A DNA stretch of 64,000 nt from the human T2T-CHM13v2.0 reference genome, Homo sapiens, in NCBI RefSeq assembly GCF_009914755.1, contig NC_060937.1. One strand, given 5' to 3'. The notes beneath the pieces are model-generated. The model saw only the letters and a list, made by a program, of their open reading frames with translations, did no database searches and was not told the DNA's origin. Position 1 is the first letter of the stretch. Each line of letters starts with the position of its first letter. Positions 24,181-36,721 of this stretch are shown here, piece after piece. The translations under genes were made by a program, and so were the position numbers.

Positions 24181-25347
24181 TGGAGACATAATGCGTGAAA
24201 AGAGGAGAATATCATCAAATAAATGAAAACTATTAGAAAAAGAAAAAAAAGCAAATTCTAGAAGTCTAAAAATACACACACACACACATATATATATACA
24301 CACATATATAAACACACACACATATGTGTATATAAATGTATTTTTTTTTTCGGGGAATGAGCTTAACTGTAGACTGGAGTCAGAAGAAGAAAGTGTCAGT
24401 GAAAGTGAAGATAGATGGGAAGACATAGTAAATAATCTGAACAACATACAATAAAAGTAAATAGAGCTTCAGTGATTTATGAAACAATATCAACTAGTCT
24501 AACATATTAAGTGGGGTCCAAAGAGAAAGGAAAGAGATAATGAGTATAAAACATATTTGAAGAAATAATGTCCAAGAATTCCCCAAATTTGGTGAAAAAT
24601 ATCCTATGAATTTAAAAAGCTCAGCAAAGCCAAACAGTATACATAAACAGAATGCCACACCTGTGAATATTGTAATCAAACTGATGAAAACAATAGATAA
24701 AAAATACATCAGAAAATCAGCTTAAGAAGACACATTGTACAAAAACAAATGGCAACTGATAACTCATCTGAAAAAATGGGGTCACAAATACAAAGAAAAA
24801 ATCTTTGAACTGTTGAAAGAAAAATAAAAAAGTATACCCAGAATTCCACATCCAGGAAAAATACCTTTCAAATGTAATTGCAAAATAAAAATATTGAATA
24901 AACAAAAACAGCACCAGCAAGCGCTTCCTAAAAGAATGCTAAGGTTACACCTAAGTAGCTAAAGATAGATGATGAGAAATCATTTTTAAAAAAGGAACTA
25001 ATTAGTAGAAAAGAGTGAAGAGCACCAGAAATAGTAAATATTTGGGTAAGTAAACAGGCTATTTTTTAATCATTAAAAAATTTTAAGATACATTTAAATA
25101 TAATAATAATTATATTGTAGATTTTATAATGCATGAAAGAGTAAATTATATGATAAACTAGTCCAAAGACAGGAGGGTATTAAATAGAATTATGCAGGTT
25201 TTATGTTTTTTCATTGTATGTGAAGTGAACCAATATTAACTTTAAGTAAACTGTGATAAAAATGTGTGTTTAATTCCTATAACAAACACTGAGAAAATGA
25301 TAGAAAAAGGTATAGTTCAAAAGCCAGCCAATAAAGAAATTAATATA

Positions 25348-25681
25348 CAGTTATGTATCACTAAACATTGGGATATGTTTTGAGAAATATGTTGTTAGGT
25401 GTTTTTATGATTGTGTAAGAATCATAGTGTATTTACACAAACCTAGATGGTATAGCCTACTACACACCTAGGCTATGTGGTATAGTCTATTGTTTCTAGG
25501 CTATAAACCTGTACAGCATGTTACTGTACTGAATAGTGTAGCCAATTGTACTAAAATTGTAAACATTTGTGTATTTAAGCATAAAAAATGTTCACTAAGC
25601 TATGGTATTATAATATTATGGGACTTCTGTCATATATGTTGTTTGTCATTGAGCAAAGTATTATTATGAGGCGTATAATGG
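25348..25681 (+). mobile_element. Tigger3a (MER7A) DNA transposon MITE
   Basis: TA|cagttatgtatcactaaac...acacaaacctagatggtatagcctactacacacctaggct...|TA. Confidence 0.88.
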
Positions 25682-26597
25682 TACTAAAAAAAAATAGTAT
25701 CCCCAAGAGAGTGTAAAGGAAAGAAGAACACAAATCAGGTGAGAAAACTGAAAATAAATAGTAAGATGGTAGGCTTAAATCAGATTATATCCATGATAAT
25801 ATTAAATGTAAAGGGACTAAACCCCTCAATTATGGAGCAGAGGATGTTATACCAGATTTTAAACCCATGAAACAACCGTATGCTTTCTACAAAAGACACA
25901 CAGTAAACATAGATACAGCTAAAACAAACAGTAATAGATGAAAAAAGGCAAAGCCACACCACAATAGTCATAAGCACAAAAAAGAAGCTAAATAGAAATC
26001 TAATCATAGAGTATTTAAAAAGACAAAGAATAATATATTTTAATTATAAAATGGTCACTGTATTAGGAAGACTTAATAGTTCTAAGTGTGGATGCACAAA
26101 GATTCAAAACATGAATAAAAATTGGGAGAACTAAAGACAAAAATAGGCACAGAATCATCATTGAAGATTTTAACATCCCATTCACAGTAACCAATAAAAC
26201 TAGAAGAGCAAGTTAATGAGTATATAAAAGACTCAAACAACACTGTCAACCAAGATTACCTAGTTGTTATTTACTGAACACAACAACACTCAATCCCTAC
26301 AGGAAAAATTGTTTCCATAGACAAATGGAACATTCACCGTAATAGACCATAAAGTGGACCCTAAAATGAGTGTCAATGTATTTCAGAAAATATATAAAAT
26401 CATAAATGTTGTATTCTCTGACATAATTAAATTAAAAATTAATGTTAGATATATCTTGAAAATTTTGAAATTAAGCAAGAGCCTTCTAAATGATTTGAGT
26501 TAAAGAAAATTATAAAAATATTTTAACTAAACAATTGCAAAACACAAAGAAGCTATGGACTGTAGATAAATTTGTACTAAAAAGAAAATTTATAGAC

Positions 26598-27110
26598 TGT
26601 GATGATCAATTTCATGTGTAAGCTTGGCTGAGTCATGAGATGCCCAGATAAAATTACTTCTGGATGTGTTTGTGAGGGTGTTTTCAGAAGAGATAAGCAC
26701 TTGAATTGGTAGATTGAGCAAAGTAGATGGCCCTCTTCAATGTGTGTGTATGGGTGGGCATCATCCAATCTTGGTAAGGAGGAGGGAATTCTCCTGCCCC
26801 CTTTTCTTCTGCCTCACTGCTGGAGCTAGTACATCTCATCTCATCTCATCCCTTTATGCCCTTGAACTATTATTTACACCACTGGCTCCCTTGAATCTCA
26901 GGACTTCAGATTTACACTGAAAGACACCACTGGCTTCCCTGGGTCTCCAGCTTGCAGATTAACAGATAGCAGATTGTGGGACTTCTCAGCTTCCATAATC
27001 ACTTGAGCCAACTTCTCATTATATGGAAGGATGGATAGATAGATAGACAGACAGACAGACAGATAGATAAATAGATTCTATTGGTCTGTTTCTTAGAGGA
27101 GCCTAATACA
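26598..27110 (+). mobile_element. MLT2 (B/C-like) solo LTR containing a GATA/GACA STR
   Basis: tgtgatgatcaatttcatgtgtaagcttggctg...gggtctccagcttgcaga...gcctaataca. Confidence 0.88.
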
Positions 27111-27245
27111 AAGGCTCTTTAGGAGAAACAAAAATCAGTGATCTAAATTCTCATTTTAAGAAGCTAAACAGTTATAATCAAAAGAAGCCCAAATCAAATA
27201 GAAGGAAAACAAACAAGAAAAATAAGAGTAAAAATCAATGAAACA

Positions 27246-28670
27246 GGACTTCCACTCCACTGAGGATGTAGAAAGTCACAAGAGAATTTTTCTCCCAATC
27301 TGACAATGGGAAGAAAGCAGATAGTCTTTTAAAAATATAATAGTTTAAAAAACTCCATTAGAATGTTGAGATAACAAATAATCCTAATGTAATGAAAGGG
27401 AAAAATGATGAACACCTCCTAAAAGAGAAGTCAATATTTGCTATTTGATGATTGCAAAATAATAGGAAGCCAAAAAGCTGCCATAGACAAGGTTAAGAAG
27501 AAAAAAGCTGAACATTAATGGAAAAATTAAAAGCTCAATATAATGTGATATGATGCAAGGTGAATCAGCTTCTGTCAACTTCTCCAGAATGCTTCACTGA
27601 GTGTTTTTAAGAGAAATTCAGTCAGGTTAGGAAGACTGACAGAGATGGACACTATGGTGCAGGCTTGCAGGGCATGCAGAATTCTAAGGTGGAAAAGGAG
27701 AACTAAGAGAAACAAACTTCATAAGCACTCCAGGTCTAATTTAAGTAGCCAACAGTTACCATCTATGTCTGGCAGAGAGACAAGGGATCCGAGAAGAAAC
27801 TTTCTGAGACATAGCATTGGAGCATCCCTAAATTCTGAATATGAAAAAGGAACACTCTACGATCTCACTTTTATGTGGAATTTTTAAGAAGTTGAACTCA
27901 TAGAAGTAGAGTAGAATGGTGGTTGCCAGGGACTTGTAGGTTGGGTGCAGAAAGTGGGTGAGATATTGGTCAAAGTGTACAGACTTTTAGCTGTAAAATG
28001 AATATGTTCTAGGGATCTAAAGGATATCATGGTGACTATAATTAATGATAGTGTACTGTTTACTTAAAACTTGCTAAGAGAGTGGATCCAAGTGTTCTTA
28101 ACACAAAAAAATGGTAATTATGTAAGGTGATGCAGTTGTTAATCTGCTTGACTGTGGTAATAATTTCACGATGTATATGCATATACAATCATCGCATCTT
28201 GAATTTTGATTTGTCTATTATATCGCAATAAACCTGGAGGAAAAAAAAAGGGAGAACTGAAAGGTAATCAAAAGACATTTTGGGTCTTACACTGGGAGAG
28301 GCAGCCCACTAGAAGTGACAGCAACTAGAGTGGCAGAAAGAGGAGAGCTGAGAAGAAACCCCTGATGGGTGAACAACAGGGACTGCTGAAAATTGAAGGC
28401 ATGAGAACAGAAATCAACCTTTCAGGCACTCAGATCCTTGAAAAGGGAAGACTGGGATACTATCCTCAAGTAATTTAGAGCATGTGGTGGCAAGCTGAAT
28501 ATAACCAAAGAAACAACAAATTCCAGAACCAGTTCAACTACTGAATGCATTGACCCGACCTTCATACAAGAAGACTGATGGAAGACACACTTCCATCATT
28601 CAAATAAAAATGATCAAACATATAAAAATGCAGAAAACATGACCCAGCATGAAGAAATAATATTGTCAAA
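27246..28670 (+). mobile_element. Second ancient L1M 5' region
   Basis: gacttccactccactgaggatgtagaaag start; ends near an ORF1-start-like gcagaaaacatgacccagcatgaag. Confidence 0.45.
27852..28250 (+). mobile_element. L1MA9/10-like 3' end
   Basis: gatctcacttttatgtggaat...gttgaactcatagaagtagagtagaatggtggttgccagg...caataaacctggaggaaaaaaa. Confidence 0.85.
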
Positions 28671-28679
28671 AGCTTTATG

Positions 28680-30685
28680 CATGGGATGATCACTTTTTTG
28701 GTCTTATTCTATTAATATGGTATATTCTATTGTTAAGCCAATCTCACATTCCTGAGATAAATCTCACGTGGTCATAGTGTATTAATATAATGCTTTTTAT
28801 ATGTTGCTGGTCTTAATTTGCTAATATTTGGAGGATTTTAGGTCTCTTTGTGAATGATAATGGTCTGTAGATTTGCTTTTTTCTTGTGATGACTTTGGTT
28901 AGCTTTAATATTGAGAATTCTATTGACTTCATAATGACTTGAGAAGTAGTCCTTCTTTTATTTTCTGCAAGAGTTTGTGAATGATTACTTTTGTTTATGC
29001 TTTTAATATTTGTTTAATATTTGATATCATTTAAAGGAAAATATAAGTTTTTATTTTTGGAAGATTTTTAATTATTAATTCAATCTGTTTAGTTGTTATA
29101 GGTCTATTTAAATTTTCTATTTTATCTTCAGTAAATTTGAGTAATCTGAGTCTTTCTAGTAATTGCATTCCATCCAACTTGTTCAAATTGTTGGGAAAAA
29201 ATTGTTCCTATTATTCCCTTATAGTTGTTTTCATTTCTAAAGGGTTTGTAGATTCCTATCTCATTATAGATTTTCATAATTTGTGTCTTTCACATAATTC
29301 TAGTGTATTTTTTATCTCAGTTTTTGTGTTTTCCAATGCAAGAATTTTTACTGGTTTGTTTTTTATAATACCAATATCTTTATTGATATTCAGTATTTGA
29401 TGAATCATTGTCATATTTTCTTTCATTTCTTATACATGGTTTCCTTTAGTTCCTTGAACATATTTATAATAGCTCTTTTGAAACTTTTGTAAATTCCAAC
29501 ATCTAGACTTTTATATAATCAATTATATTTATTTTTTACATAATCAATTATATTTATTTATTTTCTTGTATATCTATCACATGTTCATTATTTTTGCATA
29601 TCTCATAATTTTTGTCAAAAATTGAACATTTTGAATAATATATTTTAGCAACTCTGGATTTTGTCATCCATCCCTTTTTGATCTGTAGGTTATTGTTGTT
29701 TAATGTTTATATTTTTATTGACTGACCTGGAATAATTCTGTAGTCTGCTTCTTCTGGAGTATGTAGGCAGTGAAATATCTTCTTAGTTTATCTATTTATT
29801 TGTTTATTTTTATTATTAAGTTTGGGATGCTAGTGGTCAGATGTAAGTTAATGTAATTTAATTGTCAGGCAATGATAGGCCAGAGATTGTGCTTCAATAC
29901 CTAGATTCAGTAAAATTTCCATTATTGGTCAATGAATTTATGGAAGATTGGCCCACACATTTGTATCTCAGGCAGTTGACAAATGTTCCTCAGTTTTTAC
30001 CTCTTGCTGGGTCTTTCCATGTCTTCCATGCACCTGCACATGGTCTCACATTCAGGGACATGTAGGTAACCGGGGCTGTCTCTACTCTCCCCTAGGTTTG
30101 TGTGCACCATTGTGGAGATGTCTGAACAGCCTTCAAGACCACTTAGGATAGGTGGTGGCATATCAAGCCCACTATGGCTGTCTCGTTCCACAGATCTCCT
30201 TGATAAACCCCTAGCATATCAGTTTGTCCATTTCTTGCCCCAACCAGTATTGCAACTTCGGACATCTGCAAGATTGGCCTTACCTGATTGGTTGCATCAA
30301 GAACAATATTATTTTCAACAGTAATCTTGGCCATGGAGTTTTGGATGCTTTATTTCTAATCAAGTTAGCTCTGTCCAGCAACAAAGTTAGACTGCTAGTT
30401 TTCATGGCTTGCCCTACCCCAGTAGACCTACTTCTGAGGGAGACTGGGTGAAAGGGGTAGGATGTGATCAATCTCAGGCTAAAACCCCGTGGATTCTCAC
30501 TGTTCTTACACAAATTTCTGATGTTTTTTTGAACAAATGCTTTGCAATTTGTTGGGTTTTTTTTTAATTCTAGAGAATTGAAATATTTTTCTTTTATTCT
30601 TTAAGTAATTTTTTCCAGTTTACTGTGAGTTTTTTTTAATGGGTGCTATTTTGCACATCCCTTTATTCCACCATTCTGCAAGTAT
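28680..30685 (-). mobile_element. Ancient L1M on the minus strand (ORF2 piece 28680-29300; ORF1/5' UTR 29310-30685)
   Basis: agccaatctcacattcctgagataaatc...atgttgctgg; tttagttccttgaacatatttataatagct. Confidence 0.65.
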
Positions 30686-30689
30686 CATT

Positions 30690-31000
30690 TCTCTTTGACA
30701 TGGGATATCACCTGATGTCACCTTAGACAAAGTTACCCATTTTACAGTAAAATTGTATGACAGCACACTCACAACCATGGAATCCACTGGTCTCACTACC
30801 ACTGTATCACCCAGAAGATGCTTGCCTGAAAGAGCAATAGACAAGCCTCATATTAATAAACATAAAAAGAAATAATGCATTGCCCAGAAAAGTCACCACT
30901 CTAATATACTCCTTAAAACATTATCCATTATGTCACTGTGTCCCCTGTAGACAGAACATGTGAGTCTAGAAATAAGGGGGTAAAAGAAAAAATATTCCTC
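30690..31000 (+). pseudogene. ERV-L (HERV16) pol integrase remnant
   Basis: From 30699: HGISPDVTLDKVTHFTVK / HNHGIHWSH / YHPEDACLKEQ*, versus ERV-L IN HGIPHSIASDQGTHFTAK...HGIHWSYH...HPEAAGLIER; frameshifted. Confidence 0.8.
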
Positions 31001-31001
31001 A

Positions 31002-31396
31002 TGCATTCATTTGGTGTTGCTGCTATAACAATATAACACAGTCTGGGTGGTTTAAATGAGAGAAATTTATTTCTCAGCATTCTGTATGCTTGAATCAAGA
31101 TGTTGTCAGGTTTGGTTTCTTTTGAAGCCCATCTTTGACTTGCAAATGATTACTTCCGGGACCATTCTCACGTGGCATTTCCTCTGTGTGCAAGCATCTC
31201 CGGTGTCTCTTGGTGTGTTCAAATTTCCTCTTCTTATAAGGACATCAGTCAGATTGGATTACGACTCACAGTAACAAATTCATTTTAATGTAATCACCTT
31301 TTCAAAGAGGCTATTCTAAATATAGTCACATTCGGAGGTACTTTGGTAAAAGCTTCAACATACACGTTTTGGGGAGACACAATTTAGCCTGTAACA
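31002..31396 (-). mobile_element. MLT1A-like LTR inserted in the ERV-L internal region
   Basis: gctgctataacaa...ttcctcttcttataaggacatcagtcagattgg...ggggagacacaatttagcctgtaaca; near-TSD cctca/cccta. Confidence 0.85.
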
Positions 31397-31399
31397 CCC

Positions 31400-31960
31400 T
31401 ATTTATGAGTACCTCTTCAAGAATGTATAAGTCTCTTTCCTCATTCTCAGGGGGTGTTCTTTCTAACAGGGGACACAATAAGAGCCCCAATAGGGTGGCT
31501 GCAGTATCACTTTGGACTCCTTATGCCAGTATACAGGCTGGTAGGGATAATTGATCCTTATTATTATCAGACATAAGACTGCCGCTTTATAATTAGGAAC
31601 GGAAAAAAATGTATCTGATATTCAGATGAACAACTGGTGGTATTCACCTGGCCAATTTTAACTGTAAATTAACAAGCACATCCATTTCTGACAAGAGCAG
31701 GGTAAACTGAGGCACAGACACTAAGATCTTCCAATATTGGGGTGTGAGTCATCCTATGTCGCAAGCTGCTCATCCAGCAAAAGTATTATCCGAGAGAGGG
31801 AGATCTGAAGAAGTTGTAAAAAAGGGAAATTACAAACTTAGTTACAGCCTTAGCACTACCTACAGCATTGGTGTTGGTGGACTGTAGTCCTCCCAGGAAC
31901 TGTCCTCTTGTAAATGTCTCAGGAATATTGACCACAAAATTTTGAAAAAGCTATGCCTTT
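31400..31960 (+). pseudogene. ERV-L dUTPase remnant and internal 3' end
   Basis: LTGDTIRAP and, from 31508, HFGLLMPVYRLVGIIDPYYYQ (dUTPase GVIDxDY motif). Located after IN, as in ERV-L. Confidence 0.75.
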
Positions 31961-32390
31961 TTCAGAATTCTTGTTGCTGTGGTCATGGACTATTTTCTGA
32001 GCTGCTGTATATATTATCTGCTATCACAAGTAGATGTCACTCGCTTTATGTAAAATTGTCCTTGGAAGTTATACACTCTTGCATAAACTCTGAGGGAAGA
32101 TCACAATCAATTAACACCTGATATGGAGTTTTAAACGGTGAACCACTAGGCTCAAATATGGACAATGCAGCAGAGCCCTTTATTCTCCTAATCTCTCTCC
32201 TTTCACCATGTAGGTCAGGCAAAGACTAGGTTTGGCCTGAATCCACATTCCTGCTTGGCACTTTCCCTTTCTTTATCCTCGTCTACTTACTCCCTTGAGG
32301 TTTTCTTGAAAATTCTTTCCTTGATAAATTATGTACCCCCAGTCACGTATTTCAGGCTCTGTTTCTTGTCTTATGTTTTCCACCTAAGAC
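31960..32390 (+). mobile_element. LTR16-like 3' LTR (start eroded)
   Basis: ggtcaggcaaagactaggtttggcctgaatccacattcctgcttggc...ttcaggctctgtttc...cacctaagac. Confidence 0.7.
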
Positions 32391-32399
32391 TTATACATC

Positions 32400-33500
32400 T
32401 GGAATCGGGGAGCAGGTCAGGGAAAATAAAGAATTTTTGTTTCTAATATGGGAAAAACTTCAAGTAGTTTATGGATTTTGGAGAAATTAACATGTAAAAA
32501 TTGATCCCCAGGCAGGAGATGAGATGCCTTCTACTCTGATTTAGATAAGACATTAACTACAATTTAAGGACAAAATATGTTGGAAGAGTTCTTCTCTGTC
32601 TTCATGATAAAATGGATAAAGCAAGATCATCCCTTTAATTGAAAAGAAAGCAGAAACTGAGAGAAAGCTTAAGGGAGTGAGTAAATAAATGAAAGTTACA
32701 ATGAGGGCCCATGTGAACAATGATATTATGAATTTGTAGTTACACTAATCTTTTGATTAGTCACACTTTTCTTGGAGCATACAAGCGACCCAATGCGGGA
32801 ATCACAGTAAGAACAGATTATAAAACAGATTTTTTAGAACTATTGATGTATATGTAGGTGTGCCACAAAAATACTGACACCAAATAAACCTGGGAAGCCA
32901 ATGAAAATACAGTAATTCAAAAAACAGAATATAGCATTTTTGGCAGAAGAAGATATAAAGTGAATCTAAAAAGAACTGGTAACTGTGTGGCAGAAAGACT
33001 TATAGAAATGGAAATGGAGTTTTGGTTATGTAAAGGAGAAGAAGGAAAATGAAAGAGAAAAAATATATAAGTTAGAGATTGGGTCATTATAATTCAAAAA
33101 TTTAAAAGTAGAAAACTCTTAGATATTAAGAAGGTCAAAAATGTGTATATTACAATGGTTTTATCATTTATTATTTGCATAAACTGTATTGGACCTGAGA
33201 AAATCAATATGCTATATTTAGGATGTTGATAGGTTATCCAAAATATTTGAATTTTTGAATTTGCTGAAGTGGGGGCAAACATTTTAGGGGCGATAGATAT
33301 GAGTTAAGAACCCAAATTTTCAGTTATCTGGAAGGGTGGCTCTTAAGATTGACAAATTTAATGGCAAAGATTTATACATAATAGTGTAGGTAGATTTTCT
33401 GTGCTTCAAAAGAGGGGGAGTTTTTGGTCAAAGATGGAAGAATGATTTGAGAATATCATGAAAGTTATTCTCTGAGTTATTGATCTCTTGACCTTCTAGG
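32400..33500 (-). mobile_element. L2 fragment 3 (continuation of the split L2)
   Basis: GA-rich decayed L2 ORF2 antisense pattern that appears to continue where fragment 2 stops. Confidence 0.45.
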
Positions 33501-34789
33501 ATGGATAAACATTATTTTATCATTTGAACTGGGACATTATTTAACATAATTTTACCTGGCATTTTGAGTGTTACCCAGTGGTAAAATAATTATAAGGAAC
33601 AAATTTAATTCATTTGGCTCCAGGTTCACAAATTTGGAAAAGCCCTGATTCTCTCTAAATGTATGCACTTACGTGTAGTGATTATAAGGTAACTCACTTT
33701 AAAGAGTTCAACAAGTGTTAATTAATGATGACATAATGAAACATTTAGGCAGACAACTATAATAAGCCATATATCAAGGAATATTTTATACTTTCAGTTA
33801 GCTACATGACTTTGAAAAGATTTACTTGTTTTAAAAATATTACCATATGATTAATCTACTATATTTAAAACATGTAGACAACATCTTTTTTTGTTGTTAC
33901 CACAGGCACAAGTGGCAAATTATTACATAAATGGAAGTCATTGATCAGACCTGAAGTGAACAGAGTTGAAGTGATTCAGAACACTTGATGTTCTTAACTA
34001 CCCTCAGTTTTGTCTTTCAGAATGGAATGTAGTCTGTCCCTGTAAATATTTTCAATGTATTTATTGTTCATATATCAAATTGCACTAGAATTTGTCCAGG
34101 ATTCAGGACTAATCAGTCACCTTTAAAGAAACACCATAAAATGAAAGACATTAACAAATATTCATTGGGACTTTCTAGTTCTTATTTGTAGAATTAATGT
34201 ATTTTTCATTTGTATCCAATTATGCATGAGTAGGTGAATTAACTCTTTGAAATAATTATGATTTTGAATTTAAAAATTATTAAATGAGCTGCAAATTAAA
34301 TACCAGTCATTATATTCAGGATTTGGTCAAATCAGAAGAAAGGGGTAGAAGATTTTTGGCTGGTTATGGAAGAAAGAACCAATACATTTCAATATACCTT
34401 ATGATTCAAGGCAATAGAAAAGCTAATTTGAGTGACATGAATATTTTATATTTCAGTTTGTCTTAGTTTTATCAATACTCTTTAGTCAAAATACATTAGC
34501 TTGTTTTTGCAGTTCCTAGTAAGTCATGTTTTGCATAGAAAGGTATTTTTGAGGTTGGAGTTGAAGATCTGCAGTTGCTTCTAAAGGTCAATATGTTTTT
34601 CACGGTTTAAAGTAGAGAAAATAAGAGCATTGTGTGTGTGTTTGTATGGCTCTCTTTTTAATATTGTTCTAACTCACCTGATACAATTCTGTATTATTAA
34701 TAACTACATGGAAATATATAAGGATACAAAGATAATACAAAATTTTCAGTATCTTGTGGAAATGAATTCACTACATACACACACATAGT

Positions 34790-35375
34790 TTATATATATA
34801 TATATATACACACACAGTGTCTGTGTATATATATATATATATACACACAGTGTCTGTGTATATATATATATATATACACACAGTGTCTGTGTATATATAT
34901 ATATATATACACACAGTGTCTGTGTATATATATATATATATATACACACAGTGTCTGTGTATATATATATATATATACACAGTGTCTGTGTATATATATA
35001 TATATATACACAGTGTCTGTGTATATATATATATATACACACACAGTGTCTGTGTATATATATATATATATACACACAGTGTCTGTGTATATATATATAT
35101 ATATATACACACAGTGTCTGTGTATATATATATATATATATACACACAGTGTCTGTGTATATATATATATATACACACACAGTGTCTGTGTATATATATA
35201 TATATACACACACAGTGTCTGTGTGTATATATATATATATATACACACAGTGTCTGTGTGTATATATATATATATATATACACACAGTGTCTGTGTATAT
35301 ATATATATATATATATACACACAGTGTCTGTGTATATATATATATATAAACAGAGTGTCTGTGTATATATATACA
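34790..35375. repeat. VNTR, 17 units of (CA)nCAGTGTCTGTG(TA)n, period 31-37 bp (mode 33)
   Basis: AGTGTCTGTG cores counted at 34816, 34849, 34882, 34915, 34950, 34981, 35012, 35045, 35078, 35113, 35148, 35181, 35214, 35249, 35286, 35323 and 35354. Confidence 0.97.
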
Positions 35376-35419
35376 CACACACATATATATACAAACACAT
35401 ATATATGGATGATCTCTCT

Positions 35420-35426
35420 ATATATG

Positions 35427-35480
<54 letters not shown>

Positions 35481-35492
35481 CACATATATATG
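35420..35492. repeat. (CA)n/(TA)n microsatellite
   Basis: Direct read. Confidence 0.95.
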
Positions 35493-36611
35493 GATGACTC
35501 CAAGGGCCCAATTAAAAGGCAATTGGCTTGTAGATTAAGTTTTAAAAAAATAATTTAGAAGTCCTAATTGAAATTTACTTTTTGATTCATTTTTGTTTTC
35601 TATTACAATCTAGATTATTAGAAAATACACTCATCATTTTAAATTAATATGCTTATAAGGTATTTGAAATACAAATATTGAGTGGCATTATGCAATCTGT
35701 ATAACCAATAACTAGGCATTAGAGAGCCTGTTAGCTTTGAAATACATACGGGTATGTAGACTTCCTGTTCCTCAACACCACAGTTAGGCACATCTCTCAC
35801 ATTTTCCTTTCACTATGTAATTTTAAGAATTTTTCCCCAAATTTTTAAATTTCTACTTTTCCATTAGACCCCTATCAAACAACACTGTATCCTGTCTTAA
35901 TGAATACTTCCTATCTATCATGTCAATTTTAGTGCTGATCAGAAAGTATTAGAGCCACTGTTGGACAGAAGATGCAACTGATACTAAGGCAAAATTCTTA
36001 TTATCTCCTGCTAGCTCTTAGAACTGTATATCTTATCACGTCTATATAGACATTGACAGAAAACTGTCTAACAAATGCAATGAAACAGCTAAAAGTAAGT
36101 AAGTGATAGGTCTTTCTTAGGCAGTGTAAAAAGATCAGCATGGCAGAATGCAGAGCAACAGAATGTCGAGTGGCTAAAGTCCATGAACAGTCAGGAAACG
36201 AGTAGATGACGCCAATGTTGACACTTCAGTCCTTAATTATCCTAATTAGAGAACATCAGAACAGCAAAATAATGTTTATTGAATCTGGCAAAATGAAACA
36301 TTTTTATTGTGCTTACTGCTTATTTTGGCAGCCATGGTACATTGTTGACTCACATGCTGTGTACTTAACGGAATCTCATAAGCCATTTTATATGAACCGT
36401 GGTTAACCTAGGCCCAATTCTTCCTGCGCTTGTAAAATTGCTATTTTGAACTCCAATATAAGAATTTACATTTTTCATCTATTCTTATCTTACCAATATT
36501 GGCTTAGTTTTTACAGCACATGATATAATGTATCTCTTAGGGAATGGTATGTATGCACAGTGAACATAATTGTCAATGGTATTTCTTCATTAAATAACAG
36601 CATAGGACATC

Positions 36612-36619
36612 TTTCTTTT

Positions 36620-36671
<52 letters not shown>

Positions 36672-36721
36672 GCCTTTTCTTTCTTTCTTGCCTTTTCTTT
36701 CTTTCTTTCCTTCTTTCTTTT
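36612..36721. repeat. (TTTC)n STR, probably the expanded poly(A) tail of the adjacent MER57 insertion
   Basis: Direct read; abuts the 3' end of the minus-strand MER57. Confidence 0.9.

Larger units (their letters stand above)
22395..27245 (+). mobile_element. Ancient L1M 5' half (5' UTR, ORF1, start of ORF2) interrupted by Alu, MLT1, Tigger3a and MLT2
   Basis: ORF1-like gaagaaataatgtccaagaattccccaaattt; ORF2 EN-like ataatattaaatgtaaagggactaaac, gaagattttaacatcccattc and tggaacattcaccgtaatagaccat. Confidence 0.7.

Noticed and set aside
34790-35375. CRISPR-like regular repeat spacing
   Set aside because: The 'spacers' are just (TA)n rather than unique sequences; there are no cas genes and the DNA is primate.
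34746-35558. The longest ORFs in the window (132-246 aa, YIYIY-rich) on both strands
   Set aside because: Stop-free translations of the (TA)/(CA) VNTR in several frames; no coding signature.
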